IMG/VR virus record: IMGVR_UViG_3300027612_000005
Coordinates: 1,043-65,042 of that record
DNA: 64,000 nt
Reading direction: 5' to 3' (one strand)
DNA from: a virus
Lineage: Duplodnaviria > Caudoviricetes
Position 1 is the stretch's first letter, and every line of letters begins with the position of its first letter. Positions 29,695 to 39,759 of this stretch are shown here, piece after piece. The notes beneath the pieces were generated by a model. It was not told where the DNA came from. It saw only the letters and a program-made list of their open reading frames with translations, and made no database searches. The translations under genes were made by a program, and so were the position numbers.

Positions 29695-30867
29695 TTACTT
29701 GAAGCTAACGCTTGTATCAGTAATGTTAACACGAGCTAGGTAATCAGCTGCATTACCAAGTGATGAAGCTGTGTTGTTTAGCTCAACATAACCATAACGA
29801 GTCATGAAGCTAACAACTGGCTCGAAGCTAGACGGATCTAGTACGACACCACTTGACATCAATGGAATGTATGGGCAGTAGAACGCTGCCGCATCTGATT
29901 CTGAAGTACCTTTGTATCCAACGATAACTGGAGCATTGTTAGCACTATAAGTGTTAACATATACTTTCATTGCGTTGTTTAATGTACCAACCATCTTAGT
30001 GTTAGTTGGTGCTTCAAATGTACCTTCAGTAGTACGTGCAAATGCTGAAGTTGTTGCTGACTGTAGAATTGTAAGCGCGAATGGCGATACAACTGCCCAG
30101 TTTCCTGCGCCACGACGTGTGCGCTGAGCAATCAAGTTTGAAGCACGGTTGATTTGAACTGCAAGTGCTGCATGCTCATCACCAACGAACGTAGCTGTAC
30201 CTGATACTGCTGACTGGTCGTATGTTTCTACAGCAGATCCTGCTAATGATGTAAGAGATGATAAGATCTCTTGATCAATTTCAGCAGTAATTTCCTGCGC
30301 TAGTGCAGCCATTACTTCTGCTTCTACGTCGATACCATGCTGCGACTGTGCGTCTTGTGCAGCTTCGAAAGTCCAACGTGCGCTGAGCTTACGAGTTTTA
30401 GCTTCGACTGTTTGCTTCAAGATCTGGATGCTTAGTTTATTACCAGCTTGTCCTTCTAGTGAAGCTGTTGGTGCAGGAGCGTTTGTTCCATCACCTGAAT
30501 ATGCTTCAGCAATCTTGAATGGGCTTAGAGCCTCTTCGCCTGCTACTGCGCCTGATGCGCCTGAGCCTGCTGTGTCGCTATAGCGAACACGTAGTGTGTG
30601 GATTTGACCCACGGGTCCTGTCATTGGCTGTACACCGACTAATTCGTTAGCAATAACTGTTGGCATAACGCGACGAATGACTGGTAAAATAACTCTATTT
30701 AGAGTTGCAACATTACCGGCAGAGGTAGCACCTGCTCCAGCAGTCTCTGAAAGATACCTACGAGTATTTTCTAGAGTTGCTTCCATAACACTCTTTTTAG
30801 TTCCTTGTAGGCCTTCAAGAAGTGCAGTCTTGGTGTCCTGCCAGCGACTTTCTAGTAGTTCTGACAT
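29695..30867 (-). CDS. gp23: Major capsid protein, T4 gp23-like
   Basis: VQPMTGPVGQIHTLRVRY, VEAKTRKLSARWTFEAAQD..HGID.EAE..LA.EI..EID.E, FYCPYIPL, F.P...FMTRYG motifs. Confidence 0.95.
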   Translation of the reverse strand: MSELLESRWQDTKTALLEGLQGTKKSVMEATLENTRRYLSETAGAGATSAGNVATLNRVILPVIRRVMPTVIANELVGVQPMTGPVGQIHTLRVRYSDTAGSGASGAVAGEEALSPFKIAEAYSGDGTNAPAPTASLEGQAGNKLSIQILKQTVEAKTRKLSARWTFEAAQDAQSQHGIDVEAEVMAALAQEITAEIDQEILSSLTSLAGSAVETYDQSAVSGTATFVGDEHAALAVQINRASNLIAQRTRRGAGNWAVVSPFALTILQSATTSAFARTTEGTFEAPTNTKMVGTLNNAMKVYVNTYSANNAPVIVGYKGTSESDAAAFYCPYIPLMSSGVVLDPSSFEPVVSFMTRYGYVELNNTASSLGNAADYLARVNITDTSVSFK

Positions 30868-30884
30868 TTTGGTTTCTCCTATAT

Positions 30885-31976
30885 TTAACTTAAACCTGCA
30901 AGACGACGAAGTTCTACAACATTCTCGTCTTTTGCTTTAATTGCGACTGTCTCATCGCGGTTGCCTGTGATTTCTTTTGCCTCTGATAGAACTGCCTTCT
31001 GCTTCGCTGGAGATTTACCGTCAATAACTGCCGGTAGATACTTATCAAACGCCGAACTTAATTTGGCTGTTTGAACTGATTCCAGTAAATCTGTCATAAT
31101 TTCTTTTTGCGCTCTCGAAAGAGGTGCAATAAGATCATTAATTTTGTCCTTACGTGCAGCTTCTGCAATAATACGCTTCTTCTCAGTTTCCTGTGATTCT
31201 GCTAGTTTAATTGCTTTTTCAGCTGCGACTTTAGCTTCTGCTAACTGGTTGTCTTTTAGCTTGACAACATTCATTAGTTTGGCTGTTTCAGACTTTTCAT
31301 TTAGGTAGCTGTTAGAATATTCGTTAGCGAATGCTTCAAACAGTCTACGCCCAAAGTCGTTTTGACGTGCTGCTTCAATGTCTTCTTTAAGTTGCGAAAT
31401 TTCTTTAGTAAGTCCTTTCGAAACTGTTTCAGAAACCATTTCAGCTGAACGCTTAACAAAACTTTTCTGAACTTCGGCAAATTTATTTTTTGCCTCTTTG
31501 ACAAGTTTAACCTTAGTTTCAGCAAGGTCCTTCTTGTCTTCGTAAAATTCTGCAATTTCTTTAGCTAGTGCTTCTACCACAAATTCTTCCAGCTTGCCAA
31601 ATTTCTTTGCCATAGCTTTCTGATCTTCGTGCAATTCTGAAACTTCTTTACCTAACTGCTGTGTTACAAACTTTTGTAGTAGATTTGCGTTTTCACGCAT
31701 TGCTACTGCATATTTTGCTTTTGCTTCAGCTAGTTGTTTGCGATCTTCTGCAAACTCTTCGATTTCAGATGCTAGACGCTCGGACAACATAGTGTCAATT
31801 GCTTCGACCATTGTTTGCTTGTCGTGTTCGTACTTTTGTGCGAACTCTTCACGCAATTCAGCAGTTACTTGCTGCTTATTTTCTTTGATCTTGGCATCCC
31901 AAGCTTCTTCGATAGAGGCACGAACGTCTTCTGAAACTACATCATTTTCGAAAAGTGTTTTTAGTGCATCCAACAT
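30885..31976 (-). CDS. Prohead scaffold/core protein (gp22-like)
   Basis: Coiled-coil, E/K-rich 363 aa between protease and MCP, as in T4 gene order. Confidence 0.75.
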   Translation of the reverse strand: MLDALKTLFENDVVSEDVRASIEEAWDAKIKENKQQVTAELREEFAQKYEHDKQTMVEAIDTMLSERLASEIEEFAEDRKQLAEAKAKYAVAMRENANLLQKFVTQQLGKEVSELHEDQKAMAKKFGKLEEFVVEALAKEIAEFYEDKKDLAETKVKLVKEAKNKFAEVQKSFVKRSAEMVSETVSKGLTKEISQLKEDIEAARQNDFGRRLFEAFANEYSNSYLNEKSETAKLMNVVKLKDNQLAEAKVAAEKAIKLAESQETEKKRIIAEAARKDKINDLIAPLSRAQKEIMTDLLESVQTAKLSSAFDKYLPAVIDGKSPAKQKAVLSEAKEITGNRDETVAIKAKDENVVELRRLAGLS

Positions 31977-31989
31977 AATTGTCTCCTCA

Positions 31990-32613
31990 TTATTGGAGTT
32001 TGTTGATTATATTAATCAACGATTCCTTTAAGTATTTCTGTGCCTTAGGGTCTTCTTTGGTAGCCTGTGCCAATTCGTATGCCTTATACCCTCCACGGGC
32101 ATTCATCAAGTGCTCGTATATAGGCGTTGGATACGCCCCTGGAGCACTAGGTTGAGCAACGACATCGACTGTAATAATTTCAAAATCACTAACAGTATTT
32201 TGTCCGTCCTCTGATACATTACCTGAACCCCTACTAGAAACACCTAGTTTAACTCCGCTTTCAAGCATTGTTTTAACTAGCTGTCCCATAGGGGTCGGTA
32301 GTATTTTTAATTTACCATAACCGTTTGAATCATCCATCCAGCATTCGCTGATCATATGACTTACACGGTCTAAGTTAATATTAAGGCCTTCTGGATGATC
32401 AACTTCTCCGAGAACACTGTATCCTCCTTGTATTTGATCATTGAGAGTTTTGACAGCCCTACCAATTTCGTTTATAGGATACACACGCTGATTAGCGTTG
32501 CGTACTCCGCCTTGTATCATGATACCTTTCATGTACAAGTCTTTCCCTTCATTAGCAGACTCAACAACCAGTTTAGCTTGGTCGAATGTCAAATGCTCTC
32601 GTAAGTTTCTCAT
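31990..32613 (-). CDS. gp21: Prohead core protease, T4 gp21-like
   Basis: RNANQRVYP, LGEVDHP, NLDRVSH, GKLKILPTPMG, LGVSSRGSG, DVVAQPSAPGAYP motifs. Confidence 0.95.
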   Translation of the reverse strand: MRNLREHLTFDQAKLVVESANEGKDLYMKGIMIQGGVRNANQRVYPINEIGRAVKTLNDQIQGGYSVLGEVDHPEGLNINLDRVSHMISECWMDDSNGYGKLKILPTPMGQLVKTMLESGVKLGVSSRGSGNVSEDGQNTVSDFEIITVDVVAQPSAPGAYPTPIYEHLMNARGGYKAYELAQATKEDPKAQKYLKESLINIINKLQ

Positions 32614-32623
32614 TCAAACTTCC

Positions 32624-33562
32624 TTATTTTGCACGGCTCTTTACACCGTTAATTGGACTATCTGCGCCTGCTTTTTCAGCTGGTTTGCCTTTTTTCTCAG
32701 CGCCGTGTCCTGGCTGGTTCTTCATCGATTTTGATGCTTTGCCGCCTGGTACATTAACGTTTCCTGCATTTTCTTCTTTTGTTGAAGGATTTGCTAGTCC
32801 ACCTTGTGTACCGCCATTGCCACCTTCACCGCCTGCTGCGATGTTAGAAGTGGTTCCGCCCATGTCGTTTTTGCCAGCTACAGTAGACTTAGTGTTTGCA
32901 CCATTATCGCCCATATTAGCAGTTACTTTTTCGACATATTCTTTCATTGTTTCGCCAGCTGACTTAGGGTCTTTGCTAGGCTTTTTTGTGTTTTTGTCTT
33001 CTTCGTCTTTATCTTCGTCAGCTTCGAATGCATACGACTCTTCTTCAGCTTCGTCGTCATCTCCGTCGTCCATGTCCATGTCCATATCCATGTCGTCGTC
33101 TTCGCCTTCGTCGCCTGACATCATTTTTTCAAATTCTGCTTTTAATTCGTCTAGTGCATCTTCTAGGTCTTCTACACGATCTTCAACATCGCCTTCTTCA
33201 CCTTCGTCGTCGCCATCTTCGTCGTCCATGCCCATCATGTCATCTTCCATGTCATCACCAGCATCGCCGCCCATCATTGCGTCCATTGGATCTGCTTCGA
33301 CTTCAAATTCATCTAAGTTAAAACCTTCGTCTAGGTCGTCTTCATCATCTTCGTCAGCAGATTCGTCAACTTCTTCTTCGTCGTCTTCGTCGTCCATTGC
33401 TTCTTCAATGTCGTCGTCTTCTTCTGCTTCTTCTTCGATAATGTTTTCGTAAATTTCACGTGATTTTTCTACCACGATTTCGTGGAAAAGCTCTTCAGCG
33501 CCGTCCTTATCTTCGTTGATAAGACGCTCAAGCATTTCTTCAAATTTATTTTGATCTGCCAT
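32624..33562 (-). CDS. Highly acidic prohead core-like protein (312 aa)
   Basis: D/E-rich low-complexity central region; position between portal and protease resembles T4 gp67/gp68. Confidence 0.6.
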   Translation of the reverse strand: MADQNKFEEMLERLINEDKDGAEELFHEIVVEKSREIYENIIEEEAEEDDDIEEAMDDEDDEEEVDESADEDDEDDLDEGFNLDEFEVEADPMDAMMGGDAGDDMEDDMMGMDDEDGDDEGEEGDVEDRVEDLEDALDELKAEFEKMMSGDEGEDDDMDMDMDMDDGDDDEAEEESYAFEADEDKDEEDKNTKKPSKDPKSAGETMKEYVEKVTANMGDNGANTKSTVAGKNDMGGTTSNIAAGGEGGNGGTQGGLANPSTKEENAGNVNVPGGKASKSMKNQPGHGAEKKGKPAEKAGADSPINGVKSRAK

Positions 33563-33639
33563 TTTTTATCTCCTATAAATGTAAAATATACCTACGGTAA
33601 GGCTGTCAATAGTATTTAACAAAACAGTAATAATGTACA

Positions 33640-33662
33640 TAGAAATAGGCTCAAAACGAGCC
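33640..33662 (-). terminator. Possible terminator hairpin after the 250-aa gene, followed by a late promoter TAAATA (33613-33618)
   Basis: GGCTC-gtttt-GAGCC then TATTTCT on the minus strand. Confidence 0.45.
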
Positions 33663-33676
33663 ATTTTGAATAAATG

Positions 33677-34429
33677 TCATGAAAGACTGAACATTTTTTG
33701 GAAATCTTCAACAAAAATGTGTTTCAAATTGTTAAATTTATTTAGTTCTTCAGGAATATAATTATCTGATGCTATTACTCTATAGTATGTTGTATTTGGA
33801 TTTTCTTTAACAACACTTATAGTTTGTCTTAACCAGTTTCCAAAAAATGTAGCACCTTCGTGTGATTTTTTATAGTTTTTAGTATTAGCATATAAGTTGT
33901 TTAATAGTTTTCCGTCTTCTAATCCTTTATAATCAAATCCTAAAATAAAAATCTTATTATAACTGTGTTGACTAGCAAGCCATAATGCTGTAGGTCCTGA
34001 ACTCCATCCTTTACTCGGATGAAAAATATTTAAATTTTTTATATTTTGATAGCTTTTGTTTGGGTTTGTCCATACTTCGTTATTGTGCTGATATCCTGAT
34101 TTATTAATCTCGAGTATCATTTTAACATCAACTGCAACAAGATAGTCTGCATTAAAAGACCTGTATAGTGCATTACAGCCATATATTTTTCCGTACGGTT
34201 TTATATCTTCTGGATTAATGGCAGACCTACTAGTTCCGTTGCCCAGTACAAAACATAAATCTTTATTAACATCTCTTGAAGGTATTGGATGTCTAGTTGA
34301 TGCTATTGGAGTTTGTTTAGCTATAGAAGATTCTTCTTGAAGACGCTTTATTTGTTTTTCGCGTCTTCTTTCTTCTCTAATCTTATACCATTGTTCTTTT
34401 GAAAAATTTGATTTATCTATCTTCGCCAT
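33677..34429 (-). CDS. Putative sialyltransferase/Maf (DUF115)-like nucleotide-sugar transferase fold protein
   Basis: Motifs VLGNGTSR, IYGCNALY, SSGPTALWLA, IFILGFDY parallel the GNGPS...CN...SG...GID pattern of CstII (GT42)/Maf-type proteins. Confidence 0.5.
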   Translation of the reverse strand: MAKIDKSNFSKEQWYKIREERRREKQIKRLQEESSIAKQTPIASTRHPIPSRDVNKDLCFVLGNGTSRSAINPEDIKPYGKIYGCNALYRSFNADYLVAVDVKMILEINKSGYQHNNEVWTNPNKSYQNIKNLNIFHPSKGWSSGPTALWLASQHSYNKIFILGFDYKGLEDGKLLNNLYANTKNYKKSHEGATFFGNWLRQTISVVKENPNTTYYRVIASDNYIPEELNKFNNLKHIFVEDFQKMFSLS

Positions 34430-34680
34430 TACATCGCACCCGCAGCAGCATCTTGAGCTGCTATACCATACATTTGTCTAACAAAGTCTAATTCCTTTGT
34501 CTTTTCTTCTGTATGTAGCTCGGCTGCTTTGCGGGCACGATTAATTTGACGTAATGTTAATCTAGTTTTACGTGTGTCATCAAGATCCACAATAGAATCG
34601 TCATAGGTAGGATCGTACCTATCATCTTCTGCTGGTAGCAGGGTTTCTTTATCGTAATAAAATAACTCACGTAGTATCAT
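34429..34680 (-). CDS. Small head-module protein (83 aa)
   Basis: ORF track; MILRELF start; TAAATA 5 nt upstream. Confidence 0.6.
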   Translation of the reverse strand: MILRELFYYDKETLLPAEDDRYDPTYDDSIVDLDDTRKTRLTLRQINRARKAAELHTEEKTKELDFVRQMYGIAAQDAAAGAM

Positions 34681-34694
34681 AATATTATTTATCT

Positions 34695-36443
34695 TTATAT
34701 TTGAATGTCTGCCGCGCCTGCTTCTGCGCCACCAGTATCGCCTCCAGCGGTTGCTGTTTCTGGTGGAGTGTCTTCTCCGCCTTCTATTCCGCCTTCGGCT
34801 CCGAGATCATCTTCTGCTCCACCTAAATCGGCACCCATTCCTGCAGAGCTAATTCCTGCGCCGCGCATTTCAGCTGCGGCATCTGACGGAGCCGCTTGAA
34901 GTGTTTCGTCATTTTCTTCACGCCATAATCTTTCGTTTTCTGCAACTTCTTCAGCACTAAGACCTAAGAAGCGGGTCAGCGCAAATCTATTCGATACATA
35001 TGGTATTGCGCTCATTTGTGTAAATGTAGGCACACGACTGTTATCCAGTTCTGCCTGTCTATAACTTGCAAAGTTTTGTGGAGGCATAAACTTAAGATCA
35101 AACATATTAGTATCAATGTTAACACCCTTTTCAAGTAAGAAACGTTTAAACTCTTGATTAAATTCTTCTACAATTAGGCCTTGCAAACGTTCGCAGTAAG
35201 TATTGAAACGTAATTCTTGAATGTATGCTGTTCCAACACGGCCATCATTATACGATGTTGCTCCGTCATCTGCTCCAGTTGGTAAGTACGAACTTGGGAT
35301 ACGTAATCCGCGTACCAGCTTATTAGTAAAGTATCTAAGGTCATCAATCTCTCCTAGGTTAGTACCGCCTGGAAGTGTTTCAACTTTAGATCCACGCCCT
35401 TCTGCTGTTTGCGGGAAGAAGTAGTCTTCGTTGATTGACAGAGGATTGTATGCTGAGTCTATGACATTTTGTCCGCCCCCTGTTGCCGATGGGATACGTC
35501 TTTGATGTATTTCCGTTTTAACACGTTCCACAAATTGCATAGCAAGGTGTGATGGCATGTTGCCCACATCAACGTAGAATACTCTGCGCTCCGGCGCACG
35601 TTGGACACGATAGATGATAATCGCATCCTCAAGCAATTCTTTTTGCTTGTATACTTTAAAGATACTTTCTAGTAGTGAATTGCCAAAAGGAAAGTTATTA
35701 TCAAGGCCTTCACTTAAACTTAAATGTACAACATGTCGAGCATCGATTGCAATCTCACCATCTTCTAAATTAAATCTACTGCCGCTCATTGCTTGATTCG
35801 GTTGTCCTACCATGCCTCGAACGCCGCCTTGAATATATCCATCACCGCCACCGGTAATATTTCCGTTAGTTTGATACGGTGTTGTTGCAACCATTTCTCT
35901 AAAGTTTAAATTAAAATCTCGGACAATATATTGTTCAGGGGTTTTACCTTCACTTTCATTAACAATAATACGCTTTACTTTTGCAGGATCCATATGAAAC
36001 ATTTTTTTAGTTTCTGGATCTCTAATAAAAAATGCATCACCGTATTTGAATACATTACGAAAAATACGGAACATGCGTGTTTCAAATTCTTGCATCTTGG
36101 TCCATTGTTTTAAATACTGGCCCAATATCGATACTTCTGTATTTGTTGCACTTTTATTGAAATTAAATGTAAAGTTAGTTTGATTAGTATCGTTTCGTTG
36201 TGTACAAAATTCAGCAAGAATATCTAGTGCAGCATTAACTTCACTGTCTAAATCCATAGTATTATAATGACCATATCGTTCTACACGATTAGGCGAACCA
36301 ATATACACATCAGGTAAGTAAGAACTGTAATTTGACCGAGCTGGACCAGGTGTAGAACCATTTCTAGGGCCACCTAATGCAGAATAGCTTCCGCTTGCAT
36401 TATCTCCAGTCGGTACTGGTGTAAAATATTTTTTCCAACTCAT
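34695..36443 (-). CDS. gp20: Portal protein, T4 gp20-like
   Basis: LEDAIIIYRVQRAPERRVFYVDVGNMP, EDYFFPQTAEGRGSKVETLPGG..LGEIDDLRYF..KL.RGLRIP.S motifs. Confidence 0.96.
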   Translation of the reverse strand: MSWKKYFTPVPTGDNASGSYSALGGPRNGSTPGPARSNYSSYLPDVYIGSPNRVERYGHYNTMDLDSEVNAALDILAEFCTQRNDTNQTNFTFNFNKSATNTEVSILGQYLKQWTKMQEFETRMFRIFRNVFKYGDAFFIRDPETKKMFHMDPAKVKRIIVNESEGKTPEQYIVRDFNLNFREMVATTPYQTNGNITGGGDGYIQGGVRGMVGQPNQAMSGSRFNLEDGEIAIDARHVVHLSLSEGLDNNFPFGNSLLESIFKVYKQKELLEDAIIIYRVQRAPERRVFYVDVGNMPSHLAMQFVERVKTEIHQRRIPSATGGGQNVIDSAYNPLSINEDYFFPQTAEGRGSKVETLPGGTNLGEIDDLRYFTNKLVRGLRIPSSYLPTGADDGATSYNDGRVGTAYIQELRFNTYCERLQGLIVEEFNQEFKRFLLEKGVNIDTNMFDLKFMPPQNFASYRQAELDNSRVPTFTQMSAIPYVSNRFALTRFLGLSAEEVAENERLWREENDETLQAAPSDAAAEMRGAGISSAGMGADLGGAEDDLGAEGGIEGGEDTPPETATAGGDTGGAEAGAADIQI

Positions 36444-36446
36444 TTA

Positions 36447-38834
36447 TTATAATCCCCTAAAAACATTTGTTCCTAAACCTCTAGTTGTACTAAGTTGTCT
36501 TTTAGAAACATCAACTTGTTTTGACGACAATGTTGTTAAGTCCCTTAGACTAGTATTTAACTGTTCGAACATATCTGACAGACCGTCTTGGCTAGCCATT
36601 GCAGACTGTCCTGCTTGCGAAGTATTTGTGCCAGTTGTCATTTGTTCTATCATTGCAGGAAGCATTTCGCCCATTTGTTGTGCAACATTATTAGGTTGAA
36701 GTTGCCCCATCAGCGAACTTAACGAACTAGCAACATCTTGTGAAACAGTTGGAATCATTTGTGATCCCATTTGTATTGCAGTAGAAATTAATTCTTGTAA
36801 TTGGGCTTCTGGTATTACTGCTTCTCTTCCGTGTAATATTGCAAGTTCACCTTCTTTAGCAAAGTCTTGTACTAGTTGTCCTGTTTTACCATAAGTGCCT
36901 TCTTCAAACCAATTCATCGGATTTAAATAATCTAATGCGCCGCGTTCTCTTTCTTCTAATATTTCTTGAGATCTTTGATCACCGCTGGCAGCATTACTTT
37001 CTAATGTTTGTTGCTCAAGGCCTCCAACTCCACCAAACTGTTCTATTGCTGTTGCACTTAAACCTGTAATATATGCATTAATTTCATTATTTTCTTGTTG
37101 TGCAGCTAATCGATCTATGCTCGGTACTAGTTCGTCTGATATAGTAGCTTCGTTCTCTTCGACAGCAGTTTGCATTTCTCGTAGACGTTCAATTTCTTGT
37201 TCTGTTAAATCATAAATTTCAGGATTAGCTAACATATCTTCAATTCTATCAGCAATTTGAGAATTTCCATTTATTAAACGTCCTAACGATTCGACAGTTT
37301 CTTGTATTTGTTGCGGATTGTTTAATTTTGCAGCAACTTCGTCTGTTAACACCCTAAGTCCATTGCCGACTACGCCATTTTCAGCAAATGCTTTTGCAAT
37401 TTCTGTGTTAACTGCGGCACTACTATTTGCAAAGAATAATTCAGTTTCTCTAGCCATTTGCAACATAGGATCTGCCATTCCAGGTGCGCCAGAAGTTTGT
37501 GCATCTTGTGTTGCAGTCATTCTTTGTAGCATGTTATTAAATGATTCAGTAAATCCTACGGTTCTTCCTAATTCTGTCCCCATTCTGTCAGCATTTAATT
37601 TTATTGCATCAATTAATGGCCCAGTTTCTTCAAGTACTGTTGCTTGTCCTCTTGCAACCTCACTAACCTGAGACATAGTTGCAATTGTTAAACCTTGTAC
37701 ACTATCTGCTTGAGCTGCTGTTGCGGCAACTGCCTGTCTTGCAAATTCTGCTGCGGCTACTTGGTCGCCCCTTGCTGTTGCTTCTCTAGCTTGCTGCGCT
37801 AGTGCATATGCTTCGGCGTTTGTTGCAGCAAAGTTTTTAGTTGCTTCAGTTAACGGAACTCCTAATTGAACTGTATCATCAAATAAATCTCTAAGTACTT
37901 TAGGACCAGAAGCAAGTTCGGCTTGTGCTGCGGTATATGCCTCAGAAGCACCTTCAACACCTTGTTTTTCTAATAAACGTATTCTTGCTTGTGTTGCGCC
38001 TTCTCGTTGGCGCTCCATCATTTCATCTCTAGCAGCTTTAGCGTCTCGACCAGTTAGTTTAGCAACAATATCCATTTGTTTAGCAAGATTTATTGCACTT
38101 TGAATACTTGCTTGTCGCTGAGCTTCTGTTTGTAAATCACGTCTACGTGTTAACGATATGTTATCAACTAACAACTCGTTCATTTCTTCAACACTATATC
38201 CCATGTTATACAACTGATCAACATATTCACCGTTGTTTAGTGTAAACATATCCTTTGATAGTTTCGAAAAATTTCGTATGCCGCCTTCTACACCCATCCC
38301 AAATGCTGCTAATTGTTCAGAATTTTCTTGTACCATTCTTGCAAATTGGTCTAATGGCATTCTAGTATTAGCTGCTAGCTGTCTAAATTCTGCTAATTGA
38401 CCATTTAAACCTGAACCAGTTCTTGATAAGTTTTGAAATACGTCTACAGATTCTTCGGTGTATTCTGCCATCGAAACACCGATCTGTCCCAATCGTTCAG
38501 CTATTCCTCCAACAAGTGGTAATTGCCCTAAACTGTCAGTTGCAACTGTAACAGCATCAGATAATCTCGCACCTCCTCTTATAAAAAGGTCTGCACTGCC
38601 CATAATAGCAGTACCAACAGATCCAGTAGTTGCAGCAATTCCGGCTCTTACATCGTTTAAAAATCCGTCGGCATTTTCGTTAGCGTTTCTAGCTCCTGCG
38701 GCAGTGCCGTCTCTTACAGCATTGCCAATTTCTCGACTGATACCGGGAAAGTTTCTAACAAATGCATTTAGCGTTTGTTCTTTTGCAATTTTATCAAGTG
38801 CTTCGATTAGTGCTCGTGTATCGACATCAGCCAT
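36447..38834 (-). CDS. Probable tape measure protein (795 aa)
   Basis: Long alpha-helical A/Q/E-rich protein; neighbours the gp26-like chaperone; FEEGT.G...QDF..G.LAILHGREAVIP C-terminal motif common in TMPs. Confidence 0.6.
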   Translation of the reverse strand: MADVDTRALIEALDKIAKEQTLNAFVRNFPGISREIGNAVRDGTAAGARNANENADGFLNDVRAGIAATTGSVGTAIMGSADLFIRGGARLSDAVTVATDSLGQLPLVGGIAERLGQIGVSMAEYTEESVDVFQNLSRTGSGLNGQLAEFRQLAANTRMPLDQFARMVQENSEQLAAFGMGVEGGIRNFSKLSKDMFTLNNGEYVDQLYNMGYSVEEMNELLVDNISLTRRRDLQTEAQRQASIQSAINLAKQMDIVAKLTGRDAKAARDEMMERQREGATQARIRLLEKQGVEGASEAYTAAQAELASGPKVLRDLFDDTVQLGVPLTEATKNFAATNAEAYALAQQAREATARGDQVAAAEFARQAVAATAAQADSVQGLTIATMSQVSEVARGQATVLEETGPLIDAIKLNADRMGTELGRTVGFTESFNNMLQRMTATQDAQTSGAPGMADPMLQMARETELFFANSSAAVNTEIAKAFAENGVVGNGLRVLTDEVAAKLNNPQQIQETVESLGRLINGNSQIADRIEDMLANPEIYDLTEQEIERLREMQTAVEENEATISDELVPSIDRLAAQQENNEINAYITGLSATAIEQFGGVGGLEQQTLESNAASGDQRSQEILEERERGALDYLNPMNWFEEGTYGKTGQLVQDFAKEGELAILHGREAVIPEAQLQELISTAIQMGSQMIPTVSQDVASSLSSLMGQLQPNNVAQQMGEMLPAMIEQMTTGTNTSQAGQSAMASQDGLSDMFEQLNTSLRDLTTLSSKQVDVSKRQLSTTRGLGTNVFRGL

Positions 38835-38874
38835 TTAGTTCATCCAAAAACAGTATTTTCATAATAGTAACAGT

Positions 38875-38905
38875 TATAAATATTACTACATATTTAACTA
38901 TTTAT
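38875..38905. promoter_or_regulatory. Overlapping divergent late promoters
   Basis: Plus-strand TATAAATA at 38875-38882 (toward gp26); minus-strand ATAAATA at 38899-38905 and TAAATA at 38891-38896 (toward TMP). Confidence 0.6.
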
Positions 38906-38916
38906 CAGGAATAAAA

Positions 38917-39759
38917 ATGGCCAGTTTTCTAGAACGATACAAAAGACAACCCAAACTATACATTGATTTGCCAACAGGCGGACAATGGTACCCACCTGGA
39001 GCACTACTTGATGATCAGTCTCATCATATGCCAGTTTTAGGCATGACAGCAATGGACGAGATTGTCTTGAAAACACCAGATGCGTTGTTTAATGGAGAAG
39101 CAACTGCGCAAGTTATTGCAAGTTGTGTTCCTCATATTTTAGATCCTTGGCAAATACCTACATTTGATTTAGACTATTTGCTTATTGCTATGCGAGTAGC
39201 AACGTACGGTGAAAACTTAAATGTAGCAACAAAATGTCCAAACTGTGGCGAAAAAACTGAAAGTTCAGTTAGCTTACAAAAATTATTAGATACGTTTAAT
39301 AATAAACCTACAACAAACAGTTTTGAACATGAAGATTTAACAGTGCATCTAAAGCCGATTACTTACAAACAATTTAGTGATTTTAATCTTAGAGAATACG
39401 CTTTACAACGACAATTAGTTAATATTACTAAACAAGTTGAAACAACTCCTGAAGATCAAGATAAACAAGTAAGAACATTGTTAGACGATCTTGCTAAATT
39501 AAATTTAGAACTTGCAGTTGCACACATTTTTAGCTTAGAAGCAGGAGAAGAAAAAGAATCTAATCCAGCAGAAATTTATCAATTCATAGCACAAACCGAT
39601 GCTGTATTTTTTCAGAAACTTAAAGACGCTGTTAAGAAATTAAAAGACGATTGGGATATTCCTGCAATGGAAGTCCAGTGCGCTGCTACAGAGTGTGAAA
39701 AAACATATAAAACAGGGCTAAATTTGGATTATTCGAGTTTTTTCGCAGTCAGACGTTAG
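38917..39759 (+). CDS. gp26: T4 gp26-like baseplate hub/tail assembly chaperone
   Basis: PKLYIDLP.GG..YP, V.GMTA.DEI.LKTPDAL.NG, DLDYLLIAMR.ATYGE, CPNCG...C..EC, ending DYSSFF. Confidence 0.85.
   Translation: MASFLERYKRQPKLYIDLPTGGQWYPPGALLDDQSHHMPVLGMTAMDEIVLKTPDALFNGEATAQVIASCVPHILDPWQIPTFDLDYLLIAMRVATYGENLNVATKCPNCGEKTESSVSLQKLLDTFNNKPTTNSFEHEDLTVHLKPITYKQFSDFNLREYALQRQLVNITKQVETTPEDQDKQVRTLLDDLAKLNLELAVAHIFSLEAGEEKESNPAEIYQFIAQTDAVFFQKLKDAVKKLKDDWDIPAMEVQCAATECEKTYKTGLNLDYSSFFAVRR

Noticed and set aside
32586-33452. 288-aa Ser-rich plus-strand ORF
   Set aside because: Antisense shadow of the GAC/GAA-rich acidic gene.
956-38838. Numerous 60-160 aa plus-strand ORFs opposite the structural genes
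   Set aside because: Antisense shadows with no RBS or recognisable motifs, fully overlapping well-supported genes.
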